From an uncultured cyanobacterium (GTDB lineage: Bacteria > Cyanobacteriota > Cyanobacteriia > Cyanobacteriales > Cyanobacteriaceae), in contig CAVVOP010000021.1 of the NCBI GenBank assembly GCA_963749915.1, positions 96,001 to 160,000 of the forward strand: DNA of 64,000 nt, written 5' to 3'. Below, in pieces: positions 28,532 through 38,346 of this stretch (position 1 is the stretch's first letter; the number at the start of each line of letters is the position of its first letter). Below the pieces are notes generated by a model. That model was given only the letters and a program-made list of their open reading frames with translations, made no database searches and was not told where the DNA came from. Position numbers and translations under genes: made by a program.

Positions 28532-29077
28532 ATGGTTTCTACTACTTCTCAAGCTATCTTGTTGGTAGATGGCTACAACATAATTGGGACATGGTACTGG
28601 CTAAAAAAAATCAGAGATAAAAACGGTTTAGAACACGCTAGGGACTCTTTAATTGAGAGTTTAGTTAACTATACAGGTTATAAAGAATTGAACGCAAAAA
28701 TAGTCTTCGATGCTCATTACCAAAAAACTCCTAGCTACGAAGAAAAACATGGTAAAACCCTATCAGTTCACTATACATCTTATTCTGAAACGGCGGATAC
28801 CTATATTGAAAAATTTTGTGCTTCTTTTCCTCGCCGTAATCCGCAAACTGAGACAAGAATCATTGTAGCCACTTCAGATCAGGCACAACGTCACACTGTT
28901 GTCGGATACGGAGCAGAATGGCTGTCAGCTCAAGGATTAGCTAAAGAAATTGATTCCACAAAAAACAAAGAAAAGCGAAATTTTCGCTCTCGTCAGAAAT
29001 CTCACGGGCGCTTTCTATTTAATTCCCTTGATAGCAAAACCCAAAAGGCTTTGGTTCAGATGCGCTTTGGTAACTAA
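28532..29077 (+). CDS. NYN-domain RNase (YacP/Rae1-like)
   Basis: LLVDGYNII, VFDA, TADTYIE, VATSD. Confidence 0.9.
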   Translation: MVSTTSQAILLVDGYNIIGTWYWLKKIRDKNGLEHARDSLIESLVNYTGYKELNAKIVFDAHYQKTPSYEEKHGKTLSVHYTSYSETADTYIEKFCASFPRRNPQTETRIIVATSDQAQRHTVVGYGAEWLSAQGLAKEIDSTKNKEKRNFRSRQKSHGRFLFNSLDSKTQKALVQMRFGN

Positions 29078-29153
29078 CAATACTACTGGCAAATAACCAG
29101 TCAATGGAGTTGAATTATTTTCCTAAGACTGTTACCATGGTAAATGGTCTTAA

Positions 29154-29234
29154 GCGGACGTGGCGGAATTGGTAGACGCGCTAGATTTAGGTTCTAGTAT
29201 CATTGATGTGAGAGTTCGAGTCTCTCCGTCCGCA
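29154..29234 (+). tRNA. trnL: tRNA-Leu (anticodon TAG), CCA not encoded
   Basis: Acceptor GCGGACG/CGTCCGC-A, D-loop GGAATTGGTAGAC, anticodon arm CTAGA-TTTAGGT-TCTAG, long variable arm, GTTCGAGT T-loop. Confidence 0.96.
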
Positions 29235-29320
29235 TATTGTAGGTTATTGATTTGGCCTCTCGGAAGATTATGAGGTTTTTTTCAAGAAGCCTTAAATAGT
29301 TGACCATGGAACAAGAAAAA

Positions 29321-30124
29321 TTAGTAGGCATAAGGGTTTCGTGGTGTAGAAATAGTTTTGACTTCTGTCGCTTTTAACACTAATTGACGTTTATCTTTTC
29401 TTTCCTTGTGAGAAGAGGAATCAAGGAGAGGTAGAGTTTCGGTTTTCATTATTCCTTGTATTTCTAACCAACTATCAGCCGAAAAATTGCTTTTCGATTT
29501 TGGTAACTCGACGAGGATACCCACAGGATAAGCATCGACGGCACAACAAGTGAGCACAAAACGGGATAAGTAAATATAATTGTTCGGTAGTTGGTCCAAA
29601 TGTACGACAAATCCTGTAATATTTGCTTTTTGTCCTGTATAGGTATCTGGTTCAGGATAAACATTAAGGACTCTTACCCATTCTATCAGCGATCGCTTTT
29701 CTGGGGATGTTTGGGTGAAAAAAGACTGAGTTTGTAGTGTCGTAGGGGGCAAGGAATCAACCACTCCTCTTTGTATAGCTGTTTGACTACTCAATACCAT
29801 CGGTTTAGTTATTAAGCCTAAAACTGCGACGAAAGTTAATAAACTACTAGCCCATCCTTTTGGTAATAAATTAGAGTGTTGATTATTGGTAGCATTGTTT
29901 TGATTATAGTTTTTTTTACTATAGATAAATAATTGAATTATTTTGGCTATAAAGAATAGAAATAAAACTAAACTACTAATTAATACTAGGATAAAATAAT
30001 TGGGATGTATTAATAAATTTAACTCTCCGGTAACCCAATATTTAAACAGTAATAACGACCATAAAAAAAATGCTACTATATCAAAAATGTTCAACCATAA
30101 TTCCTTTTTTTTAAAATTATTCAT
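29321..30124 (-). CDS. TIGR03943 family putative permease subunit (YcgQ-like)
   Basis: LLIHPNY, RFVLTCCAVDA, PRNPYAY; paired with the upstream permease. Confidence 0.85.
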   Translation of the reverse strand: MNNFKKKELWLNIFDIVAFFLWSLLLFKYWVTGELNLLIHPNYFILVLISSLVLFLFFIAKIIQLFIYSKKNYNQNNATNNQHSNLLPKGWASSLLTFVAVLGLITKPMVLSSQTAIQRGVVDSLPPTTLQTQSFFTQTSPEKRSLIEWVRVLNVYPEPDTYTGQKANITGFVVHLDQLPNNYIYLSRFVLTCCAVDAYPVGILVELPKSKSNFSADSWLEIQGIMKTETLPLLDSSSHKERKDKRQLVLKATEVKTISTPRNPYAY

Positions 30125-30146
30125 TTGCTTGTATTACTTGGTATGT

Positions 30147-31181
30147 CTAAAAAAAATAACTATAGGATAAGGTGAAAATAAAAGTTAGTTGAGCGACGAT
30201 GGCTGTCAAATAAATAATCATTCTGGGCTTAAAAATAGACAGCATTAAACCAATTGCTTTAATATCAATCATAGGACCAAAAACTAAAAAAGCCACTAAA
30301 GATCCTGTGGTAAAAGTAGAGGCAAAAGACAAAACAAAGAAAGAATCGACAGTGGAACAAATAGAAACTACGACGGCTAAAATCATCATTGCGAGAATAG
30401 AAGAAATGGTATCTTGTCCTAAATTCAAGATTATTTCCCTAGGGACAAAAACTTGAATAAAAGCGGCGATGGCACTACCTAAAATTAAAATGCCCCCTAA
30501 TTCTCGTAACTCAATTTGTACATTATTAATAAATAAATCCCATTTTTGCCACCATGAAACTTTCATATTTTGATTATCAGCAGTTTTGAGCAAATCTTCA
30601 TCCATTTTTATCGTTTTACCCTCTCCTCCCAAAATAAAACTTCCTGATTGCAATAAAGTATATTCTTTGACTTTTGTCTGTTTAGGAGCTAACTTTTCGG
30701 CTTCATTTGTTTGCATTAAAACCGTTAAACGCTTGGCTAATAAAGGTTTGAGAAGAGGACGAGGATCGGATTGAAAACTAAAAATACACCCCATAGTGAT
30801 AGCAATGGCGAGGGAAAAAATAATTCTTAACCAGACGATGTGAGGTTGTCCTCGAAAAGCAACATAGGTTGACCATAAAACTACAGGATTAACCGCTGGT
30901 GCGGCTAAAAGGAATGAAATGGCGACGGAAGTGGGTAAACCTTTCAATAAAAATCTACGAGCTACAGGCACATTTCCACATTCACAAACGGGGAAAAAAA
31001 AGCCAAAAATACTGCCGATAATTGCACCGATAAAAGGATTTTTGGGAAGTTTAGTAATTAATACATTTTCATCGATAAAAAATATCAGGCTACTAGATAA
31101 CAAGACCCCAATTAAAAGAAAAGGCATTGCTTCTACTAATAAACTGGTAAAGAGTGTAAAAGCACTATATATTTGATTCAT
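30147..31181 (-). CDS. Permease (DUF318/YcgR-like)
   Basis: EAMPFLL, PVCECG, SICSTVDSF, FGPMIDIK. Confidence 0.88.
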   Translation of the reverse strand: MNQIYSAFTLFTSLLVEAMPFLLIGVLLSSSLIFFIDENVLITKLPKNPFIGAIIGSIFGFFFPVCECGNVPVARRFLLKGLPTSVAISFLLAAPAVNPVVLWSTYVAFRGQPHIVWLRIIFSLAIAITMGCIFSFQSDPRPLLKPLLAKRLTVLMQTNEAEKLAPKQTKVKEYTLLQSGSFILGGEGKTIKMDEDLLKTADNQNMKVSWWQKWDLFINNVQIELRELGGILILGSAIAAFIQVFVPREIILNLGQDTISSILAMMILAVVVSICSTVDSFFVLSFASTFTTGSLVAFLVFGPMIDIKAIGLMLSIFKPRMIIYLTAIVAQLTFIFTLSYSYFF

Positions 31182-31237
31182 AAAACTATAATAAACAATT
31201 AGCCATTAGCAATTAATTAGCTATTTACTGTCAACTG

Positions 31238-32461
31238 TCAATAGTTAACTAACATTATTTGCACATCATCGCCGATTTCAATTAAATTGGTACCGGTGGG
31301 AATAATGGCTAAAGCATTAATTTGTTGTAAATTAACTAAATTTCCTGAGTTGTGAGAACCTTTGGCAAGGTTAAACTGATAATGTCCTTTGATCCAGTTC
31401 GCATTACCCCAGAGATAAGTTTCTCTTGTACCTTGTGATCGCAAATGATTATGGGTGATAGCTTGAATCATAAGAGGATAATTATAATTTGTTCTGGCGG
31501 ATAATTTTTCCATGGCTGTCTGTAAAAAGCGCCAACAAGTCACCATGGTGGAAACAGGATTTCCCGGAATGCCAAAATATAATTTATCTTCGCCAAAAGT
31601 CGCTACGGTTAAGGGTTTGCCTGGCTTCATTTTCACCCCTTTGACTTGAATTTCCCCCCCCAATTTTTCCAAGATTTGATCCACATAATCATAATCTCCC
31701 ACAGATACCCCACCAGTAGAAATCACCCAGTCGGCTTTATTTAAGGCAGAAGTAATGGCATTTTCCAAGGCTACAGGATTATCGGGAGTAATACCTAAAG
31801 GCAAGGGAATTCCACCATTTTGTTGGATAAAACTAGCTAATAAATATTGATTAGAGTCTATGATTTTGCCTTTTTTCATAGGTTGATCTGGGGTAATTAA
31901 CTCATCCCCAGTGGAAAGAATAGCAATAATGGGCGATCGCACCACAGGTACTTGTAAACATTGAGCAGTGGCTAAAATAGCCATTTCTGGGGGATTAATT
32001 TTACTACCCGCCGAGAGAAAACAGTCACCAGCCCGGTAAAAACAGCCCTTATAACGGACAAAATCATTTTTGAGGGGGGGACCCAAAATCGCAACTAGAT
32101 CCCCTTCCTGCTTCGTATTCTCTTGAATGACAATGGTGTCAGCCCCTTGAGGTAAAATTGCCCCCGTAAAAATTCGGGAAGTTTCTCCCGCCGAAATGGC
32201 TTTTTGTGGAGGGTATCCGGCAGGAATTTCTTCTATTATCTTTAAGAACACCGGATGATCCTTACTTGCCATCGCCACATCTTGAAATTTAACGGCATAA
32301 CCATCCATCGCCGAATTATCATCATCAGGAAAATCGAAAACAGAGGTAATATTTTCCGCTAAAATACGATTAGTAGCTTGATATAAGGGGACAAATTCCT
32401 TATCTGCTAGAGGCTTAACTAAATCGAGAATTATTTTTTCAACTTCCGTAACAGTGAACAT
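31238..32461 (-). CDS. moeA: Molybdopterin molybdotransferase
   Basis: NSAMDGYA, RIFTGA, STGDEL, STGGVSVGDYD, KPGKP, PGNPVS; ATG 32461 preferred. Confidence 0.94.
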   Translation of the reverse strand: MFTVTEVEKIILDLVKPLADKEFVPLYQATNRILAENITSVFDFPDDDNSAMDGYAVKFQDVAMASKDHPVFLKIIEEIPAGYPPQKAISAGETSRIFTGAILPQGADTIVIQENTKQEGDLVAILGPPLKNDFVRYKGCFYRAGDCFLSAGSKINPPEMAILATAQCLQVPVVRSPIIAILSTGDELITPDQPMKKGKIIDSNQYLLASFIQQNGGIPLPLGITPDNPVALENAITSALNKADWVISTGGVSVGDYDYVDQILEKLGGEIQVKGVKMKPGKPLTVATFGEDKLYFGIPGNPVSTMVTCWRFLQTAMEKLSARTNYNYPLMIQAITHNHLRSQGTRETYLWGNANWIKGHYQFNLAKGSHNSGNLVNLQQINALAIIPTGTNLIEIGDDVQIMLVNY

Positions 32462-32597
32462 GGTATTAAATAATTGATAATGAATGATTGATATTTGATA
32501 TTGTGCCACAGACACCTTGCCTGTAATTGTTAATATGATTGATTGTCAATATCATTCATGGCTAATCGACAAAAATGTACTTACAAAATTATAATCC

Positions 32598-33845
32598 GTG
32601 AAACAAAATCAAAAACAGATACAAAAAGCAACTCTGAGTAACGGCATAACCCTGATAGTAATCGAAAATCTCACCACAGAAATCATTGCCGGAAGAATTT
32701 TTTGTCGTCACGCTGGGAGTTTATGGGAATCAACTAATCAAGCAGGGATTTTCAACCTCTTAGCCAGTGTCATGTCAAAGGGCACTCACAACCTGTCTTC
32801 CCTAGAAATCGCCGAAAAAGTAGAATCCATTGGTGCGGCATTAAGTACAGATACTTCTAATGATTATTTTTTAGTGAGTTTAAAAACCATTACGGCTGAT
32901 TTTCTCGAAATTTTAGCCCTAGCGGCAGAAATTCTCCGTTTTCCGTCTTTTCCCGACCATGAAATTGAACTGGAAAAGGATATCATCTTAAAAAATATTT
33001 TATCTCAAAAAGAACAACCTTTTAATCTTGCTTTCAGTCAGCTTAGAGAAATGATTTACGGGCAACATCCTTACGGTTTTTCGGTATTAGGCACAGAAAA
33101 AACTGTGAGGGAGTTGACGGTAGATAATTTAAAACAGTGTCATCAAAAACATTTTAGTCCTGACAATTTAATTATTAGTCTAGCAGGAAAAATAAATCTG
33201 GCTGAAGCAATTCCAATGGTGGAAGAAATTTTTGGTGATTGGCAACCATCCAATATCAGAACCCCTCAAATTAACCCTTATCCCCTCTACCCTCAATCAA
33301 GCAATCGTAAAATTGAGCAAGCCACCCAACAGACTATTATCATGATGGGATACCTCGCACCAGAAATGAAAAACCCTGATTATCCTGTCATCAAATTATT
33401 GACTGCCTATCTAGGAAATGGACTTTCTAGCCGTTTATTTGTGGAATTGAGAGAAAAACGAGGATTAGCTTACGATGTTTCCGCTTTTTATCCCACTAGA
33501 ATAGATAAATCTCAATTTGTGGTATATATGGGAACTGCTCCTAATAATACAGAAATGGGTCAAGAAGGATTATACAATGAAATAAAGCACTTAAGAGAAG
33601 AAAAACTAAGTAGAGAAGAGTTAGAAACGGCAAAAAGTAAATTATTAGGACAATATGCCTTAGGAAAACAAACAAACGCAGAATTTGCCCAGATTTTCGG
33701 TTGGTATGAAACCCTCGGTTTAGGCGTTGAATATGACACTATTTTCCCTGAAGAAATAACCAACGTCACCCTAAAAGATATACAAAGAGTCGCCAATGAT
33801 TATTTTCAAGACGACTTTTTATGTACATCAATAGTGGGACAATAA
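32598..33845 (+). CDS. M16 family peptidase, non-catalytic subunit type
   Basis: M16 fold motifs (SSRLFVELREKRGLAY); the HxxEH zinc motif is replaced by NLLAS. Confidence 0.85.
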   Translation: MKQNQKQIQKATLSNGITLIVIENLTTEIIAGRIFCRHAGSLWESTNQAGIFNLLASVMSKGTHNLSSLEIAEKVESIGAALSTDTSNDYFLVSLKTITADFLEILALAAEILRFPSFPDHEIELEKDIILKNILSQKEQPFNLAFSQLREMIYGQHPYGFSVLGTEKTVRELTVDNLKQCHQKHFSPDNLIISLAGKINLAEAIPMVEEIFGDWQPSNIRTPQINPYPLYPQSSNRKIEQATQQTIIMMGYLAPEMKNPDYPVIKLLTAYLGNGLSSRLFVELREKRGLAYDVSAFYPTRIDKSQFVVYMGTAPNNTEMGQEGLYNEIKHLREEKLSREELETAKSKLLGQYALGKQTNAEFAQIFGWYETLGLGVEYDTIFPEEITNVTLKDIQRVANDYFQDDFLCTSIVGQ

Positions 33846-33915
33846 ATCAACAATTAACAGATTAATTACCGAGATTACTTAAAAAATCTTCAAGGGATAC
33901 ATTACAAATTCAAGA

Positions 33916-34083
33916 GTGAACTACCTACACTGAACTCAGAGATTACAGTTTAGGCTTCCTGGCCAGAAACCAGCGCAGTAGTGGATTTTTTCCGTCCTCC
34001 CTTACTCCGTCTTACAGTTTGGCGACAGGCTTTTTCCCCCGTTCCAGAGGTCTTTAATATTCGTAGTCCTTTCTTATCTTACA
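33916..34083 (-). mobile_element. IS200/IS605-family remnant: tnpB 3' tail, omegaRNA region and right end
   Basis: Minus strand encodes KGLRILKTSGTGEKACRQTVRRSKGGRKKSTTALVSGQEA*, like cyanobacterial TnpB tails; then a subterminal hairpin and the GGTAGTTCAC end. Confidence 0.72.
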
Positions 34084-34087
34084 CTTT

Positions 34088-35206
34088 TTAGCCTCCAAAA
34101 GCAACGGGAAAAGCTAATTTTAAAGCAGCGGTTAATAATAAATTGACTAGGGAGACTGGTAACAAGAATTTCCAACCTAAATCTAATAATTGATCAATTC
34201 TGACACGGGGTACAGTCCAACGCAATAAAATGGCAATGAAGATGAGGAAATAGGCTTTTAACAACATCATGCTGATACCTAGAGAAGCTGTAATAACTTG
34301 TAACCAAGAGGTATTTTTACTTACGCCTATCCAATCAGCAAGGTTATTTAAAGGAATTGGAAATTCCCAACCACCAAGATATAACACAGCGAAAACGAGG
34401 GCTGATAACACTAGATTAACATAAGAGCCTACATAAAATAGACCAAATTTCATGCCAGTATATTCCGTTTGATAACCTGCCACTAATTCTTCTTCTGCTT
34501 CGGGTAAGTCAAAGGGTAAGCGCTCACATTCCGCTAAGGCCGCTATCCAAAATACAAGAAATCCAACGGGTTGCCTCCAAATATTCCATCCTAAAATACC
34601 ATAGCCTGATTGTTGATCAACTATATCTATAGTACTTAAACTATTAGACATCATGGCGACTGCCAACACAGATAAAGCAAGGGGTATTTCATAACTAATA
34701 GATTGTGCTGCCGCCCGTAATCCTCCCAATAAGGCATACTTATTATTAGAGGCATAGCCAGACATCAATAAACCGATGGGTGCAATGCTAGAAAGAGAAA
34801 TCCAGAGGAAAATACCCACGTTTAAGTCAGTAATAACCAAATTTTGCCCAAAGGGTACAATTAAATAAGAAAGGAAAACGGGTATTACTACGATAGCAGG
34901 GCCTAGGGTAAATAAGACACTATCGGCTTTTGCTGGTATGACATCCTCCTTAAAAACTAATTTGATACCATCAGCTACGGGTTGAAGTACTCCAAGAGGC
35001 CCTGCATATTCAGGGCCGATTCTTTGTTGTGCGGCGGCGGAAATTTTTCTTTCCAACCACACACTAACTAATACTCCTACCGTAGCACCGATAATCATTA
35101 AACCCAAGGGTAAGGGTATCCAGAGGGTTTTCGCTAATTCTGGTGATACTCCAAAGTCCGTAAGGGAGGTGATAAAACTTCCTTGTAAATCAATTCCTGA
35201 ATTCAT
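34088..35206 (-). CDS. ndhA: NAD(P)H-quinone oxidoreductase subunit 1
   Basis: [44 protein letters not shown]. Confidence 0.98.
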   Translation of the reverse strand: MNSGIDLQGSFITSLTDFGVSPELAKTLWIPLPLGLMIIGATVGVLVSVWLERKISAAAQQRIGPEYAGPLGVLQPVADGIKLVFKEDVIPAKADSVLFTLGPAIVVIPVFLSYLIVPFGQNLVITDLNVGIFLWISLSSIAPIGLLMSGYASNNKYALLGGLRAAAQSISYEIPLALSVLAVAMMSNSLSTIDIVDQQSGYGILGWNIWRQPVGFLVFWIAALAECERLPFDLPEAEEELVAGYQTEYTGMKFGLFYVGSYVNLVLSALVFAVLYLGGWEFPIPLNNLADWIGVSKNTSWLQVITASLGISMMLLKAYFLIFIAILLRWTVPRVRIDQLLDLGWKFLLPVSLVNLLLTAALKLAFPVAFGG

Positions 35207-35567
35207 TGTCAGTTATTTTATAGATCTCAATGTTATTTTAGGCTTTTTTTGGTAATAATTGACAATGGACAACAGAGAATGGAGAATTAATAATTGGCAA
35301 TTATATAGATAAGATGTTTTTGCCAAAATCGATCCCAATTCTACAGGCAAGATGCCCATAGTAATCCTAAGTCCGTTGTGGTATTTGTTTCCCCTCCAAC
35401 CCCTGACAAGGGTAAGTTTTTTACAAACTGTTGATGGCAATACAAGGAGGACAAGGAGGGAAAGTAGACGTGGACAAGGGAGGTGATATTCGGAAAATAC
35501 CATATACTCAAGTCAATTATTTGATGTGATTTTGACTATAATCTAACAAGTAAAACTGATAATAAAA

Positions 35568-36302
35568 ATGTCTATTTATCGATCGAACTTTTTTCCTCAA
35601 AATACCATCCTAAATAGTAAAATTTTTAGGAGCTTAAATAATCGTAAAATTTATTTATTTATCCTAGGATTAACCTTGAGCATTGGTGATATAAAACTTA
35701 TTTTAGCCACTTCAATTTTTGCGGGGACAATGTTGTTTAGCTATCAAATAAAGAATGGATCATGGAGAAAATATAACCAATACTTAACTGAACTTTTAAC
35801 AAGTCAAAATAAGCAACTAATTTTGTCCGTAACTACCGCAGGAACTTTAGCAATTACAAGTTATATCATCTTAAATATTTGGGCAGAAATAGATAATAAA
35901 TGGCTAGCATTAGGTATTATTTTGCAAACCATGTTTTCAACGGCAGGCATAGGATTTATTAGTCATAAATTATGGGGAAAAAAACCTGCTGAAGATGAAC
36001 AATATTTTTTATCTTTTGCTGAATTTATTAATCAATTAAATGCCGATTCACCTCTACAGCGTTTATGGAGTATCAATCAAATTATGGATTTATGGCATAA
36101 TAATCAACTGACTTCTTCTCAAATTAATCAGGTCAAAGAATATTTTATTTTATTAAAGGATATTGAGATTGAATCGATAATAATAAATAAACTCAATAAA
36201 AGTTTGCAAAAGATATCTTCAACTTCTCTGCAACCTCTAAATTTTCCTCATAAAGTTAGTCAAAATTTAACAAGAAAAACTCATGTCATAATCAATAATT
36301 AA
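35568..36302 (+). CDS. Hypothetical membrane protein
   Basis: 244-aa ORF with 3-4 hydrophobic segments and a helical C-terminus. Confidence 0.7.
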   Translation: MSIYRSNFFPQNTILNSKIFRSLNNRKIYLFILGLTLSIGDIKLILATSIFAGTMLFSYQIKNGSWRKYNQYLTELLTSQNKQLILSVTTAGTLAITSYIILNIWAEIDNKWLALGIILQTMFSTAGIGFISHKLWGKKPAEDEQYFLSFAEFINQLNADSPLQRLWSINQIMDLWHNNQLTSSQINQVKEYFILLKDIEIESIIINKLNKSLQKISSTSLQPLNFPHKVSQNLTRKTHVIINN

Positions 36303-36388
36303 GAATCAATAATTAAGAGTCAGTCCTCATGAAAAAAATTTAGTGATTTTCGCCAAAATGTTACATTTTATTAAGATTACTGATTTTG

Positions 36389-36402
36389 GTAACAAAATAT
36401 AC
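36389..36402 (+). promoter_or_regulatory. NtcA binding site in a repressor position upstream of gifA
   Basis: GTA-ACAAAATA-TAC, 11 bp upstream of a -10-like TAAGAT (36414-36419); NtcA repression of gif genes is established. Confidence 0.8.
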
Positions 36403-36455
36403 AGAAAATAATTTAAGATGTAAGTGTATAGAGAGAAAATTAGGAGGAAAAAGAT

Positions 36456-36656
36456 ATGGATACTCAAAATCAAGCCCGTGCTTTAATGATGCGTCATCAT
36501 AAAATGGTTAAAAATCGTCAACAATCAATGTTAGGTCGTACTGCTTCCGAAATCGGTATGGACATTAACCCTTCTGAATATTGGAATCCAACCCAAGGCA
36601 GACCTAACCCCAGTTTCCGTGTTAGTTATGATCGTAGTCATGCTTCTCTAAGCTAG
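36456..36656 (+). CDS. gifA: Glutamine synthetase inactivating factor IF7
   Basis: QARALMMRHH..KNRQQSML.R..EIG ... YDRSHASLS; AGGAGG RBS; NtcA box. Confidence 0.9.
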   Translation: MDTQNQARALMMRHHKMVKNRQQSMLGRTASEIGMDINPSEYWNPTQGRPNPSFRVSYDRSHASLS

Positions 36657-36785
36657 TTTTAATATGTGTTGCTTGAGAATGGGAAGCTGGATAATTGACA
36701 GTTGACAATGGGTGGTTGACGGTGATTGTTTTTGTGGTTCTGGGTTGGGGATCTAAATTAATTGCTGGTTGTTAATTGCTAATTG

Positions 36786-38159
36786 TTAATTGTTGATTAT
36801 TTCTTCGTACATTTTCAAATATTCGAGGGCAGATTTGTCCCAACTAAAATCTTGACTCATGGCCCGGGTTTGTAGTTTTTGCCATTCTTTTTTAAAACGA
36901 AAACCCTCATAGGCTCGAATCATACAAGTATATAAGTCTAAGGCCTCATAGCGATCGAAACTGTACCCAGTACCGGATTCGGCCGTGGGTTCAAAGAAAG
37001 AAACTGTATCCACTAAACCGCCAGTTTTACGCACAATGGGAATCGCACCATAACGCATTGCCAATAGTTGGCTGATGCCACAAGGCTCGAATCGGGAAGG
37101 CATTAAAAAGGCATCTATACCGCTATAAACTCGGCGAGAAATAGCCTCATTATGTAATAACTGTAGCGAAATTCGCCCCCGATGACGAGAAGACATTTCC
37201 CATAATTGTGTCTCATAAAAGCGATCGCCTGTACCAAGAATGATGAGTTGAGCATCGGTATAAGCTAAAACTCGATCAAGGGTTTGTAATACTAAATCAA
37301 TCCCTTTTTGTTCCACTAAACGAGTAACCATCCCTACTAAAAAAGCATTGCGGTTGACTTCTAAACCAGATTCTTCCTGAAGTTTAACCTTATTCATTCG
37401 CCGTTTATCAATGGTTTCCGCCGTGAAATTTTGATGAATTAACTTATCCGTGGCAGGATCATATTTATCTGTATCGATACCATTAACAATTCCCCGCAAT
37501 TTACCACTAATCCAAGACAATAAGCCATACAAATTTTCCCCGTATTCAGGTGTTTTAATTTGTGCGGCATAGGTCGGAGAAACGGTGTTAACTAAATTAG
37601 CAAATTGTAAAGCCGCCGACATCGTGTTGTCCCCCAGCATATACCAGGGACACCATGTCATCTGTTCTAATAAATTTCGTCCAGGTCCTTGATATGCTAA
37701 ATTATGAATCGTAAATATAGTACTGATATCAGGAGATTGGTGCATCCAGACAGGAATCATCCCTGTATGCCAATCATGGCAGTGAATAATCTCTGGTTTC
37801 CAATAATTCCAGACAAATTCCGCAGCACCATTGGAGAAAAAGGTAAAACGCCAATATTCATCATCGCCACCATAGATGTTACGCCCTCCAAAACAAGGAT
37901 GACCAAAAAGGTATAAAGGTACATCAGTCCCAGGTAATACTGTTTCATATACCGCAAACTTTTGAAACATGGCATCACCCCACCAAATTGGTTCACTGGG
38001 GACATCTAGCTTATCAGGTAAAAAGCCATAATAAGGCATAAAAATCCGTACATCATGACCCAATTTGCGTAAAATCTGAGGTAACGCACCCACAACATCC
38101 CCCATTCCCCCCACTTTAGCTACTGGTGCAGCCTCCGCTGCTACAAATAGAATTTGCAT
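36786..38159 (-). CDS. glgA: Glycogen synthase
   Basis: [44 protein letters not shown]. Confidence 0.96.
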   Translation of the reverse strand: MQILFVAAEAAPVAKVGGMGDVVGALPQILRKLGHDVRIFMPYYGFLPDKLDVPSEPIWWGDAMFQKFAVYETVLPGTDVPLYLFGHPCFGGRNIYGGDDEYWRFTFFSNGAAEFVWNYWKPEIIHCHDWHTGMIPVWMHQSPDISTIFTIHNLAYQGPGRNLLEQMTWCPWYMLGDNTMSAALQFANLVNTVSPTYAAQIKTPEYGENLYGLLSWISGKLRGIVNGIDTDKYDPATDKLIHQNFTAETIDKRRMNKVKLQEESGLEVNRNAFLVGMVTRLVEQKGIDLVLQTLDRVLAYTDAQLIILGTGDRFYETQLWEMSSRHRGRISLQLLHNEAISRRVYSGIDAFLMPSRFEPCGISQLLAMRYGAIPIVRKTGGLVDTVSFFEPTAESGTGYSFDRYEALDLYTCMIRAYEGFRFKKEWQKLQTRAMSQDFSWDKSALEYLKMYEEIINN

Positions 38160-38212
38160 AGTGATTTAGTTTAAGTGTGTTTTCTAAAGACTAGGGTGAT
38201 TGTGACATAATC

Positions 38213-38298
38213 TTAGTACTTATGCAAAATAAATTTTTCCGAGTCTTGTTATTACCTATTCCCTATTACCTATTCCCTAATTTCCGGCAGAAGTCCAA
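38213..38298. repeat. Degenerate short copy of the TAGACCTCTTGCA...TGCAAGAGGTCTA repeat family with internal heptamers
   Basis: TTAGTACTTATGCAAAATA ... (TTACCTA/TTCCCTA)x4 ... GGCAGAAGTCCAA. Confidence 0.45.
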
Positions 38299-38346
38299 CT
38301 ACTTATTGATTGTTTGTAGGGTTATTGTAAAAATACTAGTTTATTA

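Noticed and set aside
29154..29300. tRNA-Leu as an island integration site
   Set aside because: No integrase and no duplicated tRNA 3' end seen; flanking genes are ordinary.
35213..35503. 96-aa minus-strand ORF upstream of ndhA
   Set aside because: Made of GACAAGG-type and AATTGAC-type repeat DNA; likely non-coding.
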